This document shows positions 9,662 to 19,562 of a DNA stretch of 64,000 nucleotides, one piece after another. Location: NCBI GenBank assembly GCA_035626655.1, contig DASPNF010000011.1, one strand, 5' to 3'. The notes under the pieces are model-generated. The model saw nothing but the letters and a program-made list of their open reading frames with translations. It had not been told where the DNA came from and did not search any database. A program made the position numbers and the translations under genes. Numbering within the stretch: the stretch's first letter is position 1; each line of letters begins with the position of its first letter. The stretch is from Allosphingosinicella sp. (GTDB lineage Bacteria > Pseudomonadota > Alphaproteobacteria > Sphingomonadales > Sphingomonadaceae).

Positions 9662-10080
9662 TTCATCCTGATGCCGGTGACCCGCCAGCCCTCTCCATCA
9701 TGGACCAGACTCATCTCCGCTGTGCCGGTCCGGCCGCCCTGAAAGGTGACGCTGCCGGAAAGCCGGCCGTCGCTGTTGCGAACCGAGCGTGACGACCAGC
9801 TCCATGACGATGGCCGATAGGCGCCGACCGAGGCCGCCATCCGCTCCGCGCTCCCCAGTTCCTGCTGGAGCGACGGTGCCGCGAGGGCGAAGGCCTGGGC
9901 TTCGTTCCCGTCGCGCAGCGCGCTCATGAATGCGTCGGCGGCCTCCGATACGGGCCCGAGCGCAGCCCGCAGGATGAGGAAGAGCCCGACGCCGAAAATC
10001 ACGAGCCCGCCAAGGACGAGCAGGAGGATTTTCCTGAGGCCGAAGCGGCGCCGGGGGCGTGTCGACGAGAGATCGGTCAT
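9658..10080 (-). CDS. Membrane-anchored hypothetical protein (140 aa)
   Basis: Basic N-terminus, one TM helix (ILLLVLGGLVIFGVGLFLIL), then a small soluble domain. 4-nt overlap with the downstream HAD gene. Confidence 0.6.
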   Translation of the reverse strand: MTDLSSTRPRRRFGLRKILLLVLGGLVIFGVGLFLILRAALGPVSEAADAFMSALRDGNEAQAFALAAPSLQQELGSAERMAASVGAYRPSSWSWSSRSVRNSDGRLSGSVTFQGGRTGTAEMSLVHDGEGWRVTGIRMN

Positions 10081-10131
10081 CCTGGTCCTCCCTTATGCTG
10101 TCCGGCACGGACTCCGGCCGGCGGGGCGATA

Positions 10132-10497
10132 TCAGCGAAGCACGAAGAACAGCACGGCGCCCACGATCGCGAGCGGGATCAGCAAGGTGATCAGCACGAT
10201 CTTGATCACCAGCGGCGTCACCGACGGCCGCGGGCCCAGAGCGTTCGGATCGCCGCCGGTCCAGTGGACCCGCATCCAGCGGTTCTGGTTGCAGCGCGGG
10301 CAGCGAATCCGGTTGCGCGGTTCGCCGAGCGCCTTGTAGCGGACTCCGCCAATTTCCCAGATGTCGGTCGTGTCGGTCTGGCAATGTGGGCATTCCGTTT
10401 TCCAGAGGCGGGACTCGCGCTGCATCGCAGCGAACAATTCCGGCGAGGTGTGACGCCGGAGCATGCGCTGCATGCCGCTGAGATTGCCTTCAGCCAT
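10132..10497 (-). CDS. Zinc-ribbon protein with C-terminal TM anchor (hypothetical)
   Basis: CPHC...CPRC four-Cys ribbon and C-terminal helix IVLITLLIPLAIVGAVLFFVL. ATG at 10497 (MAEGN) preferred over the ORF start at 10536. Confidence 0.55.
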   Translation of the reverse strand: MAEGNLSGMQRMLRRHTSPELFAAMQRESRLWKTECPHCQTDTTDIWEIGGVRYKALGEPRNRIRCPRCNQNRWMRVHWTGGDPNALGPRPSVTPLVIKIVLITLLIPLAIVGAVLFFVLR

Positions 10498-11158
10498 CTT
10501 CCGTCCCCCTTTGCCCGAACAGAGCGGTACCGACACGTACGTGAGTCGCGCCGATCATTACCGCGCTTTCATAATCGGCCGACATGCCCATGGAGAGTCC
10601 GGCGACGTCATGACGTCGCGCCAGCTTCGCCAGCAGAGCGAAAAAGGGCGCCGGCTCGGTATCGGCGGGCGGCAGGCACATCAGCCCCGCCACCGGCAGA
10701 TCCGCCGCCCGCGCCTGCTCGAGCAGGCGGGGGAGGTCGGGGACGGCGCAGCCGCCCTTCTGCGGCTCGTCGCCGACATTGACCTGGAGGAAGCAGTCGG
10801 GCCGCCGCCCGCTCTTCGCCATCGCCCTGGCCAGCGCAGTCACCAGCGATTCCCGGTCGACCGAATGGATCGCGTCGAACAGCCGTACCGCCTCTTCGGC
10901 CTTGTTGGACTGGAGCCGGCCGACCAGGTGCAGGCCGATGTCGGGATGCCGCTCGCGGATCGCGGGCCACTTCTCCTCCGCCTCCTGGACGCGATTCTCG
11001 CCGAACACGCGCTGCCCGGCTGAGACCAGGCCGAGGATGCGCGGCGCGGGCTGGGTCTTGGAGACGGCAATCAGCGTCACCGCATCCGGTCTGCGGCCAG
11101 CCAGCCGCGCCGCCTTGCCGATCCGCTCCCGGACCTCGTCGAGCGATGAAAGCGCCAT
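10490..11158 (-). CDS. yggS: YggS-family pyridoxal-phosphate homeostasis protein
   Basis: LIAVSKTQP (PLP lysine), FGENRVQE, HLVGRLQSNK and GMSADYE motifs. Internal ATG at 11158 (MALSSLDEV). Confidence 0.9.
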   Translation of the reverse strand: MALSSLDEVRERIGKAARLAGRRPDAVTLIAVSKTQPAPRILGLVSAGQRVFGENRVQEAEEKWPAIRERHPDIGLHLVGRLQSNKAEEAVRLFDAIHSVDRESLVTALARAMAKSGRRPDCFLQVNVGDEPQKGGCAVPDLPRLLEQARAADLPVAGLMCLPPADTEPAPFFALLAKLARRHDVAGLSMGMSADYESAVMIGATHVRVGTALFGQRGTEDG

Positions 11159-11180
11159 GCGGGATGCTATAGGAAGGCCC

Positions 11181-11690
11181 ATGGGCCCAGACCAGCCTCT
11201 CCCGCGCCTCTGGCTGATGACCGACGAACGGCTCGGCCAGCGCCTGTTCGACGCGGTCGCGCGCCTGCCGGCGGGCGCCGGCATCGTCTTCCGCCATTAC
11301 GGCATGGACGAGGAGGAGCGCCGCTTCCTGTTCGACAGGGTGCGGGCGGCGCATACGGGCCTGCTGCTGCTCGCCGGGCCGGCGGAAATGGCCGCCATGT
11401 GGGGCGCCGACGGCAGCCATGGCCGCCACCAGGGCGCGGTCACCGCCTCCGCCCACGATCTGGCCGAGTTGCGCATGGCCGAGGCGGTGGGCGCGCAGCT
11501 GGTCTTCCTCTCGCCCGTCTACCCAACCCGCTCGCATCCGGACGCGCAGGTGCTGGGCCCGGCCGGCTTCGCCGCGCTTTCGGCGGAGACGGAACTGCCC
11601 GCCGTCGCCCTGGGCGGGATGGACGCCCCGCGCGCGGAAGGGCTTGCGGGCGCTTATGGCTGGGCGGGCGTGGACGCCTGGCTCCGCTAG
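11181..11690 (+). CDS. Thiamine-phosphate synthase family protein (short)
   Basis: LWLMTDE..., FLSPVYPTRSHP and LPAVALGGM patterns of the ThiE/TenI fold. Internal ATG at 11181. Confidence 0.7.
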   Translation: MGPDQPLPRLWLMTDERLGQRLFDAVARLPAGAGIVFRHYGMDEEERRFLFDRVRAAHTGLLLLAGPAEMAAMWGADGSHGRHQGAVTASAHDLAELRMAEAVGAQLVFLSPVYPTRSHPDAQVLGPAGFAALSAETELPAVALGGMDAPRAEGLAGAYGWAGVDAWLR

Positions 11691-12448
11691 AAGCGGAAGG
11701 CGGTGCCGATATAGACGGCCTGGCTGTCGCGGCGGTCGTCGCGTGAGGTCGGATCGAGCCGGTCGCGGGAGATGCGGTAGCGGGCGCCGGCGGTCACGTC
11801 GATATTGCGGGCGATGCTGTAGGCGCCGCCGACGTCGAGCGAATAGGATTCGTCGCCGGTGACAAGCCGCTGAGCACCCTCGGCCCGCTCGGCACCGACC
11901 GCGACGCGGCCGGTCAGCCGCCGCGTGGGCTGGTAGGAAATGCCGACCCGGGCCGATTCGCGGACGCCCGAGATCAGGCCGCTGTCATTCTGCGCGACGT
12001 CGCCGGAAATGGCGAAGCGGCGCCAGCCGACCGAGACGCCGAGATTGTAGGAGCTGGGCGTGATCGCGGTGACGGCGGAGGCGGCGCTGGGCCCGACCTC
12101 GCGCGAGGCCAGAGCCGGCGTGCTGGCGCGGGCGCGGACGGCGACGCGCAGGCCGCGATTGGCGCGCTCGTTCTGCGCCGTGCTGGGCGTGAAGCTGAAG
12201 CCCGTGCTGAGCGGGTTGTTCGGGCGCCGGGCGAGCATGGCGCTGAGCCGCGGGTCGGCGACGGCGGGGGTGAAGGCGCCGAGCGGACGGCCTGACACCG
12301 GGGCGTTCATCCGCTGCTGCTGGGGATTGCGCTGCGCGAAGGCGGTCCAGGCCGGGGCGAGCACCAGTGCCGCCGCAAGCAGCGACGCGCTGACCGTCCC
12401 GATGGCACGCACCTTTCTCAACAGACTCACTCCCCTCCAGCCCGGCAC
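11687..12448 (-). CDS. Secreted / outer-membrane beta-barrel-like hypothetical protein
   Basis: Signal peptide (SLLAAALVLAPAWTAFAQ), alternating beta-strand-like C-terminal half, and terminal aromatic ...GTAFRF. Confidence 0.6.
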   Translation of the reverse strand: MPGWRGVSLLRKVRAIGTVSASLLAAALVLAPAWTAFAQRNPQQQRMNAPVSGRPLGAFTPAVADPRLSAMLARRPNNPLSTGFSFTPSTAQNERANRGLRVAVRARASTPALASREVGPSAASAVTAITPSSYNLGVSVGWRRFAISGDVAQNDSGLISGVRESARVGISYQPTRRLTGRVAVGAERAEGAQRLVTGDESYSLDVGGAYSIARNIDVTAGARYRISRDRLDPTSRDDRRDSQAVYIGTAFRF

Positions 12449-12656
12449 TTAATCGCTGTTGCAGCCCTTTCCTAGCGATGGCAGGGGCGACAAACCTGAA
12501 TCATCCCCGCATGTTGCATCATTCACACAATCCGCCTTTCCCGCACATGAAGCGTTCATCCGGCCCGGGCATGATGACGCCGCGTTCCAAGACGCTTGCC
12601 GCTGGCGTGGCGATATCTATAACGACGCTCAATCCCTTCCGTTTCAAGGACAGATT

Positions 12657-13130
12657 ATGGCTCGCGTACTCACCTTCGGCCTGGCTGCCGCTGCCGCCTT
12701 CACCGTGGCCGGCTGCCAGTTCATCCGGGACGACATCAACCGGACTCTCGGCCGCAGCCCGGAGGACAATGCCCGGCGCGTCGACTATGCCGCCAGCCAG
12801 GTCACCCAGATCGGCGTCAACGCCTATCTCTGGCGCGCCTCGCTCGACACGCTCGCCTTCGCCCCGCTCGCCCAGGCGGATTCGAACGGCGGCGTGATCG
12901 TCACCGAATGGTATGTGAACCCGCAAAATCCCTCGGAGCGGGCCAAGGTCAGCGTCGCCATCCTCGACCGCGACCTGCGCGCCGACGCGCTGCGCGTGCT
13001 CGCCTCGCGGCAGACGCTGCAGAACGGCCAGTGGATCGACGCGCCGGTCACCGCCGCCACCGTGCAGCGGCTGGAGGAGATCATCCTCACCCGCGCCCGC
13101 GACCTGCGCCGCGCCGCCTTGGCCGGATAA
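12657..13130 (+). CDS. Lipoprotein (DUF3576-like)
   Basis: Internal ATG at 12657 and lipobox FTVAGC. The family name is from memory. Confidence 0.65.
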   Translation: MARVLTFGLAAAAAFTVAGCQFIRDDINRTLGRSPEDNARRVDYAASQVTQIGVNAYLWRASLDTLAFAPLAQADSNGGVIVTEWYVNPQNPSERAKVSVAILDRDLRADALRVLASRQTLQNGQWIDAPVTAATVQRLEEIILTRARDLRRAALAG

Positions 13131-13155
13131 CCCCCTATCGGAGTAAGCTTTCGCG

Positions 13156-15657
13156 ATGGCATCGCGCTTCAATCCATTAAAGGCCGATGCCCATTGGCAG
13201 AAAGTCTGGGAGGAAGGCGGGACGTTCCGCGCCTCCGACGACAGCGACCGGCCCCGCTCCTACGTGCTGGAGATGTTCCCCTATCCGTCGGGGCGCATCC
13301 ACATGGGCCATGTCCGCAACTACACGATGGGGGACGTGCTCGCCCGCTACCGGCGGATGAACGGCCATGAGGTGCTCCACCCGATGGGCTGGGACGCCTT
13401 CGGCATGCCGGCCGAGAATGCGGCGATGGAGCGCAAGGTCCATCCGGGCGAATGGACCAGGGCCAATATCGCGACGATGAAGGCGCAGCTGAAGCGGCTC
13501 GGCTTCGCGCTCGACTGGAGCCGCGAGCTCGCCACCTGCGAACCCGATTATTACGGGCACGAACAGGCCCTTTTCGTCGACCTGTTCGAGGCGGGGCTGG
13601 TCTACCGCAAGGAGAGCGAGGTCAATTGGGACCCGGTCGACATGACCGTGCTCGCCAACGAGCAGGTGATCGACGGCCGCGGCTGGCGCTCGGGCGCCCT
13701 CGTCGAGCGGCGGAAGCTCGCCCAGTGGTTCCTGAAGATCACCGATTTCGCCGAGGAACTGCTCGACGGCCTCGACGGGCTCGACCAGTGGCCGGACAAG
13801 GTCCGGCTGATGCAGGAGAACTGGATCGGCAAGAGCCGCGGCATGCGCTTCCGCTTCCGGATCGCCGGGCCGAGGCCCGGGATGGAGGAGATCGAGGTCT
13901 TCACCACCCGGCCCGACACGATCTTCGGGGCGAATTCCGCCGCCCTCTCGCCGGATCATCCGATCGCGCAGGCGCTTGCCGCGGAACAGCCCGAGGTCGC
14001 CGCCTTCATTGCGCTCTGCAAGCAGGGCGGCACCACCGCCGCCGAGCTCGAGACCGCGGAGAAGCTCGGCTTCGACACCGGGCTCAAGGTGGTCCATCCG
14101 TTCGACCCCGACTGGCAGCTGCCGGTGTTCATCGCCAATTTCGTGCTGATGGACTATGGCACCGGCGCGATCTTCGGCTCGGCGGCGCACGACCAGCGCG
14201 ACCTCGATTTCGCCCGCAAATACGGACTTCCCGTCCGCCGGGTCGTCGCCCCGACGGCCGAAGAGGCCGACCTGCCGATCGGCGACGAGGCGGATCTGCG
14301 CGACGGCGTGATCGTGAACAGCCGCTTCCTCGACGGGATGAGCGTCGAGGCGGCGATCGCCGAGGTGATCGCCCGCGCCGAGGCCGGGGGCTGGGGCGAG
14401 GGCACCACCGCCTGGCGGCTGAGGGACTGGGGCGTCTCGCGCCAGCGTTACTGGGGGACGCCAATCCCGATCGTGCATTGCGCCGCCTGCGGCGCGGTGC
14501 CGGTGCCGAAGGACCAGCTGCCCGTCATCCTGCCCGAGGACGTGGATTTCGAGACGCCCGGCAATCCGCTGGAGCGGCACCCGACCTGGAAGCATGTCGC
14601 CTGCCCGAGCTGTGGCGGCGCGGGGCGGCGCGAGACCGACACGCTCGACACGTTCGTCGATTCCTCCTGGTATTTCATCAGGTTCGCGAGCCAGCCGGGG
14701 AACCGGCCGTTCGATCCGGAGGTGGCCAAGCGCTGGCTGCCGGTGAACCAGTATATCGGCGGCGTCGAGCATGCAATCCTGCATCTGCTTTACGCCCGCT
14801 TCTGGACGCGGGCGCTCAAGCATATCGGCATGCTCGACCTGGAGGAGCCGTTCAGCGGCCTGTTCACCCAGGGCATGGTCACCCACCGCACCTATCAGGA
14901 CGAGGCCGGCAACTGGCTGCTGCCCGAGGAAGCCGAGGCGGCGAAGGCGGCCGGGGAGAGCGTGAAGGCGGGCCGCGTCGAGAAGATGTCCAAGTCCAAG
15001 CGCAACACCGTCGATCCGGAGCCGATCGTCGACCAGTATGGCGCGGACGCGGTGCGCTGGTTCATGCTCTCCGACAGCCCGCCCGAGCGCGATCTCGAGT
15101 GGAGCGAGGCGGGGATCGAGGGCGCCTGGAAGTTCGTCAACCGGCTGTGGCGGCTCTCCGCGGCGAGCGAGGCCGGGGAGGGGACGGACATCGCGCTCGA
15201 GCGCAAGCTGCACCAGACGATCGCCGCGGTCGGAGCCAATATCGAGGCGCTGGCGTTCAACAAGGCGGTGGCAAACATCTACGAGCTGGCCAATGCGATC
15301 GAGAAGGCGCCGCCGTCCGCCTCGCGCACCGAGGCGGTGGCGGTGATGATGCGCCTGGTCGCGCCGATGGTGCCGCATGTCGCGGAGGAGGCCTGGGCCG
15401 CGGCCGGCAATCCGGGGCTCGTCGCCGACGCCGCCTGGCCCGAGGCCGACCCGGCCTTGCTGGTCGAGGACGAAGTCACGATCGCCATCCAGGTCAACGG
15501 CAAGCTGCGCGACACGGTCCGCACGGCCAAGGGCGCGGCGAGGGAGGATCTGGAGAAGCTGGCCGTCGCGAATACAGCGGTGCAGCGCATCCTCGCCGGA
15601 GCCGCGCCGCGTAAGGTGATCGTCGTGCCCGACCGGCTGGTCAACGTGGTCGCATGA
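13156..15657 (+). CDS. leuS: Leucine--tRNA ligase
   Basis: [16 protein letters not shown] (HIGH) and KMSKSKRN (KMSKS) motifs, 833 aa. Confidence 0.97.
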   Translation: MASRFNPLKADAHWQKVWEEGGTFRASDDSDRPRSYVLEMFPYPSGRIHMGHVRNYTMGDVLARYRRMNGHEVLHPMGWDAFGMPAENAAMERKVHPGEWTRANIATMKAQLKRLGFALDWSRELATCEPDYYGHEQALFVDLFEAGLVYRKESEVNWDPVDMTVLANEQVIDGRGWRSGALVERRKLAQWFLKITDFAEELLDGLDGLDQWPDKVRLMQENWIGKSRGMRFRFRIAGPRPGMEEIEVFTTRPDTIFGANSAALSPDHPIAQALAAEQPEVAAFIALCKQGGTTAAELETAEKLGFDTGLKVVHPFDPDWQLPVFIANFVLMDYGTGAIFGSAAHDQRDLDFARKYGLPVRRVVAPTAEEADLPIGDEADLRDGVIVNSRFLDGMSVEAAIAEVIARAEAGGWGEGTTAWRLRDWGVSRQRYWGTPIPIVHCAACGAVPVPKDQLPVILPEDVDFETPGNPLERHPTWKHVACPSCGGAGRRETDTLDTFVDSSWYFIRFASQPGNRPFDPEVAKRWLPVNQYIGGVEHAILHLLYARFWTRALKHIGMLDLEEPFSGLFTQGMVTHRTYQDEAGNWLLPEEAEAAKAAGESVKAGRVEKMSKSKRNTVDPEPIVDQYGADAVRWFMLSDSPPERDLEWSEAGIEGAWKFVNRLWRLSAASEAGEGTDIALERKLHQTIAAVGANIEALAFNKAVANIYELANAIEKAPPSASRTEAVAVMMRLVAPMVPHVAEEAWAAAGNPGLVADAAWPEADPALLVEDEVTIAIQVNGKLRDTVRTAKGAAREDLEKLAVANTAVQRILAGAAPRKVIVVPDRLVNVVA

Positions 15658-16163
15658 GGGCGCGTGCGGCCTTGCTCGCCCTCGCGGCGCTGGCGCTGCC
15701 GGGCTGTGGCCTCAGGCCGCTTTATGCCGGCGGCGAGGCGGGACCGGTGGTGCGGACCCTGCGCGGCGTCCAGGTTGCGCCGATTCCGGGCCAGAATGGC
15801 TGGCTGGTGCGAACCGCGCTGCAGGACCGGCTCGGCAACAATGGCGGCGAGATCCGCTACCGGCTCGAGGTCGAGCTCAGCGACGACATTACCGGCTTCG
15901 GCATCCGCTCGGACAATGCCGTGACCCGCGAGCGGCGGACCCTGCGCGCCCGCTACCGGCTGGTCGACACCCAGCGCGGCACGGTGGTGCTCGATGCGAC
16001 CGCGGGCTCGGACGCGGGCATCGACGTCGTCTCCAGCGAATATGCGACGGTGGCGGCCGAGCAGACCGCGCTCGAACGCCTCTCGACCGAGGTCGCCGAC
16101 CAGATCGTCTCGCGCCTCGCCCTCTACGCCCAGCGCGGCGGCCGCCGCCCCGCCACCCGCTAG
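15654..16163 (+). CDS. lptE: LPS-assembly lipoprotein LptE (RlpB)
   Basis: Lipobox LALPGCG. ATGA-type overlap with leuS, matching the conserved leuS-lptE-holA order. Confidence 0.8.
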   Translation: MRARAALLALAALALPGCGLRPLYAGGEAGPVVRTLRGVQVAPIPGQNGWLVRTALQDRLGNNGGEIRYRLEVELSDDITGFGIRSDNAVTRERRTLRARYRLVDTQRGTVVLDATAGSDAGIDVVSSEYATVAAEQTALERLSTEVADQIVSRLALYAQRGGRRPATR

Positions 16164-16174
16164 AGTCGAGGGAC

Positions 16175-17197
16175 GTGAAGGCGAACCGGGCGCAGATCGA
16201 GAAAGCGCTGAAGGCGCCGGCCGCCACCCGCTTCTTCCTGCTCCACGGCCCCGACGATTCGGGCAGCCGCGCCCTCGCCAAACTGCTTGGCGCGGCCTTG
16301 GGGCCCGATGCCGAGCGGATCGACCTGACCGGCGCCGACCTCAGGGCCGATCCGGCAAGGCTCGCCGACGAGGCGGCCAGCATCTCCATGTTCGGCGGCG
16401 CGCGCTGGATCCAGGTCGAGCCGGCGGGGGACGAGACGCTGCCCGCGGTGGAGGCGCTGCTGGAGGCGCCGGTGGCGGGCAATCCCGTGATCCTGCTGGC
16501 GGGCGGCCTCAAGCCCGCCTCGAAGCTGCTGAAGCTCGCCCTTGCCGCGCCGGAAGCAGTCGCCTTCGCCTCCTACCTGCCCGACGCGCGCGACGCGGAC
16601 CGCCTGGCCGCGGAGCTGGGCCGGGCCGAGGGGCTGACCCTGCGGCCCGACGTCGCCCGGCGGATCGCCGAGAGCTGCGGCGGCAACCGCGCGCTGATCG
16701 CGCAGGAGCTGGCGAAATTCGCGCTCTATGTCGGTGCCGCGCCCGAAGCGCCCAAGGCGATCGACCATGACGTGATCGACGCGCTCGGCGCCGACAGCGA
16801 CGAGGGCGACCTTTCCCGCCTCGTCGACAGCGCCGTGGGCGGCGATCCGGCCGGGCTGGAGGCCGAGCTGGCCCGGCTCCATGCCGAGGGGCAGGAGGGC
16901 ATAACCCTGCTCCGGGCCATGCTCCGCCGCATCGCCCTGCTCGCGCGGCTGCGCGCCGAAGTCGAGCAGGGCAGCACGCCCGCTGCAGTCATGGCGTCAT
17001 CCGGCAAGTTATTGTTCTGGAAAGAGAAAGACGAGGTCGCCCGGCAGCTTGCCCGCTGGCGCGCGCCCTTGCTCGCCAAGGCCATGGCCCGGCTGCTCGA
17101 GGCGGAGCGGCAGGTGAAGGCCGCGGGCGGGATCGGCCCGCTGGCAGCCGACGAGGAATTGTTCGCGATCTGCCGGCAGGCGGGTCGGCTCAGATAA
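16175..17197 (+). CDS. holA: DNA polymerase III subunit delta
   Basis: Synteny after lptE, 340 aa, N-terminal FFLLHGPDD and C-terminal helical domain. Confidence 0.85.
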   Translation: MKANRAQIEKALKAPAATRFFLLHGPDDSGSRALAKLLGAALGPDAERIDLTGADLRADPARLADEAASISMFGGARWIQVEPAGDETLPAVEALLEAPVAGNPVILLAGGLKPASKLLKLALAAPEAVAFASYLPDARDADRLAAELGRAEGLTLRPDVARRIAESCGGNRALIAQELAKFALYVGAAPEAPKAIDHDVIDALGADSDEGDLSRLVDSAVGGDPAGLEAELARLHAEGQEGITLLRAMLRRIALLARLRAEVEQGSTPAAVMASSGKLLFWKEKDEVARQLARWRAPLLAKAMARLLEAERQVKAAGGIGPLAADEELFAICRQAGRLR

Positions 17198-17239
17198 GCG
17201 CACGGAGGACAGAAGCAGCCTCACCCTCCGGCGCCCGAA

Positions 17240-18136
17240 CTAGAACTTCTCGCCTGACAGCCGCTGGCAGATCATGTCGAGCTGGTCGAGGCTCGAATAG
17301 GCCAGCGTCACCTGCCCGCCTTTGGGGCTGTGCCTGATCGAGACCTTGAGGCCCAGAAGGTCGCCCAGCTGGCGCTCCAGCGCGGCGATGTCGGCGCCGG
17401 CGCCCTTATATTCGATCGGCAGGCGGCGCTGGCGGGCGGTCTTGCCGGCCGCGGCCAGTTTCTCGGTCTCGCGGACGGAGAGGCCGCGGCGGACGACCTC
17501 CTCGGCCAGCCCTTCCGGATCCTTGGCGGTGATCAGCGCCCGGGCGTGGCCCATGCTGAGCTGGCCGGTCCCCACCAGGACCTGCACCTTCCCCGGCAAA
17601 TCAAGCAATCTCAACAGGTTGGCGACGTGCGAGCGGGATTTGTGGACGAGCTTGCCGAGCTCCTCCTGGGTATGGCCATATTCGTCGACGAGCCGCCGAT
17701 AGGCCTGCGCCTCCTCGATCGCGTTGAGGTCCTGGCGCTGGATATTCTCGATCAGCGCGACCTCGAGCGTCTCGTCGTCGCTGAACTCGCGGACGATCGC
17801 CGGGATTTCGTGCAGCCGCGCCCTTTGCGCCGCGCGCCAGCGCCGCTCGCCGGCGACGATCTGGAAACGATGGCCGTGCGGGCGGACGATGATCGGCTGG
17901 ATCACGCCGCGCGTCTGGATCGATTCCGCGAGCTCGGCCAGCGCCTCCTCCTGGAAGATGCGGCGCGGCTGGCCCGGATGCGGCTCGATGCCGGCGACGG
18001 GGATGAGCTGGACGGCGCCCGAGGCCGTGCCACCGGTGCCGGGGCGAACCGCCGCTTCCTGCTGGACCTCGCCGAGGAGGGAGGAGAGGCCGCGGCCGAG
18101 CCCGGCGGGGCGCTTCCTGGGAAAGGGCTCGCTCAT
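17240..18136 (-). CDS. parB: Chromosome partitioning protein ParB
   Basis: GLGRGLSSLLGE, IVAGERRWRAA and a HTH region. Internal ATG at 18136 overlaps the parA stop (ATGA). Confidence 0.95.
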   Translation of the reverse strand: MSEPFPRKRPAGLGRGLSSLLGEVQQEAAVRPGTGGTASGAVQLIPVAGIEPHPGQPRRIFQEEALAELAESIQTRGVIQPIIVRPHGHRFQIVAGERRWRAAQRARLHEIPAIVREFSDDETLEVALIENIQRQDLNAIEEAQAYRRLVDEYGHTQEELGKLVHKSRSHVANLLRLLDLPGKVQVLVGTGQLSMGHARALITAKDPEGLAEEVVRRGLSVRETEKLAAAGKTARQRRLPIEYKGAGADIAALERQLGDLLGLKVSIRHSPKGGQVTLAYSSLDQLDMICQRLSGEKF

Positions 18137-18918
18137 GCCGCCGCCTTCGCCTGCCGGGGCAGGCGGCCGATCAGCTCGCGCGCGAGGGCAATATAGGCTT
18201 CGGAGCCCGGGCAGCGATGGTCGTAGATCAGGGCCGGGATGCCGTGGCTCGGCGCCTCCGAGAGCCGCACGTTGCGCGGGATCACCGTGTCGAACACGAT
18301 CTTGCCGAGGCAGGCGCGGACGTCGTCGGCGACCTGCGAGGAGAGATTGTTGCGCCGGTCGAACATGGTGAGCGCGACGCCGATGATCGAGAGTTCGGGA
18401 TTGAAGCGGGCGCGGATCCGCTCGACCGTCTGCAGCAGCTGGCTGAGCCCCTCCAGCGCGAAGAACTCGGTCTGCAGCGGCACCAGGATCGCATTGGCGG
18501 CGATCAGGGCGTTGACCGTGAGCAGGCCGAGCGAGGGCGGGCAATCGATCAGGCAGACATCCCATTTGACGTCGGCCGTGCCCTCCAGCGCCTTGTCGAG
18601 GCGATGGGTTCTTCCTTCAAATTCAATGAGTTCGATCTCGGCGCCGGACAGATCGACGGTCGCGGGGATGATGTCGAGCCGGGGCACCGGGCTGGCGACC
18701 ACGGCGTCCTCCAGGGTCGACTGACCGGTCAGCAATTCGTAGGAGGAAAGCGAACGTTGCGCATGCGTAATGCCCAGCCCGGTCGAGGCATTGCCCTGCG
18801 GATCTAGGTCGATCAGCAGGATGCGCAGGCCGCTGGCAGCGAGCGCCGTGGCGAGGTTGATCGCCGTGGTGGTCTTGCCGACCCCGCCTTTCTGGTTGGC
18901 GACCGCGATGCGGATCAT
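18133..18918 (-). CDS. parA: Chromosome partitioning ATPase ParA
   Basis: Deviant Walker A in IAVANQKGGVGKTTTAINLA, 261 aa. Confidence 0.95.
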   Translation of the reverse strand: MIRIAVANQKGGVGKTTTAINLATALAASGLRILLIDLDPQGNASTGLGITHAQRSLSSYELLTGQSTLEDAVVASPVPRLDIIPATVDLSGAEIELIEFEGRTHRLDKALEGTADVKWDVCLIDCPPSLGLLTVNALIAANAILVPLQTEFFALEGLSQLLQTVERIRARFNPELSIIGVALTMFDRRNNLSSQVADDVRACLGKIVFDTVIPRNVRLSEAPSHGIPALIYDHRCPGSEAYIALARELIGRLPRQAKAAA

Positions 18919-19562
18919 CGACGCTTGTCCTTTCCTACAAGGCGGACCGGCGCGTGGCGGACGCCTGCGGCGACGATGATCTGCGCCGCGGCGTCGGTCA
19001 CGCTCGGTTCGAGCCGGAAGTCACCCTGCCACGAAGGAGCGAGCGCCGCCAGTTCCGCGGACGCATTTCGTCCCTTTGGAAGCAGCCACAGGCTCTTTTG
19101 TGTGGAGAAAGCTGTGCCCAAGCTGAGGAGCTTTTCCAGGGGGGCGAAGGCGCGGGCGCTGATCACCTTGAAGGGGCGCGGCGGGAGTCGCTCTGCCCTG
19201 GCGTGCAGGATCTCCACCTCAAGGCCCATGAGCCCGGCCGCACGGCGCAGGAAGTCGACGCGCAGGCGCCGCTCCTCGACCAGAGTGACGGGCCCGTCAT
19301 GGAGCGCGGCGGCGACGAGGCCGGGGAAGCCGGCGCCCGTGCCAAGATCAATCCAGGACGCACCGGCAGGGGCGAAACGAAGCAATTGCGCCGAATCCGC
19401 AATGTGCCGCAGCCAGATTTGGCCCAATGTTCCACGTGAAACGAGGTTTTGCTGCTCGTTCTCCGCGCGTAACAGATCGGCGAAGGCGTCGAGCTTGGCC
19501 ATTGTTTCACGTGGAACATCGCACTCTCGCTCGACCCAGGCCCGCGCCGCCGTCTCGTCCAT
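18915..19562 (-). CDS. rsmG: 16S rRNA (guanine527-N7)-methyltransferase RsmG (GidB)
   Basis: DLGTGAGFPGL SAM motif and position in the mnmG-rsmG-parAB operon. Confidence 0.93.
   Translation of the reverse strand: MDETAARAWVERECDVPRETMAKLDAFADLLRAENEQQNLVSRGTLGQIWLRHIADSAQLLRFAPAGASWIDLGTGAGFPGLVAAALHDGPVTLVEERRLRVDFLRRAAGLMGLEVEILHARAERLPPRPFKVISARAFAPLEKLLSLGTAFSTQKSLWLLPKGRNASAELAALAPSWQGDFRLEPSVTDAAAQIIVAAGVRHAPVRLVGKDKRR
19428..19443. other. parS site 1 (TGTTCCACGTGAAACG)
   Basis: 15/16 match to the TGTTNCACGTGAAACA consensus; inside rsmG coding sequence. Confidence 0.8.
19503..19518. other. parS site 2 (TGTTTCACGTGGAACA)
   Basis: 16/16 to the degenerate consensus read on the complement; inside rsmG coding sequence. 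Confidence 0.85.

Noticed and set aside
11159-11180. Looked for a TPP riboswitch upstream of the ThiE-like gene.
   Set aside because: The divergent spacer to yggS is only 22 nt, so no room for a THI-box structure.
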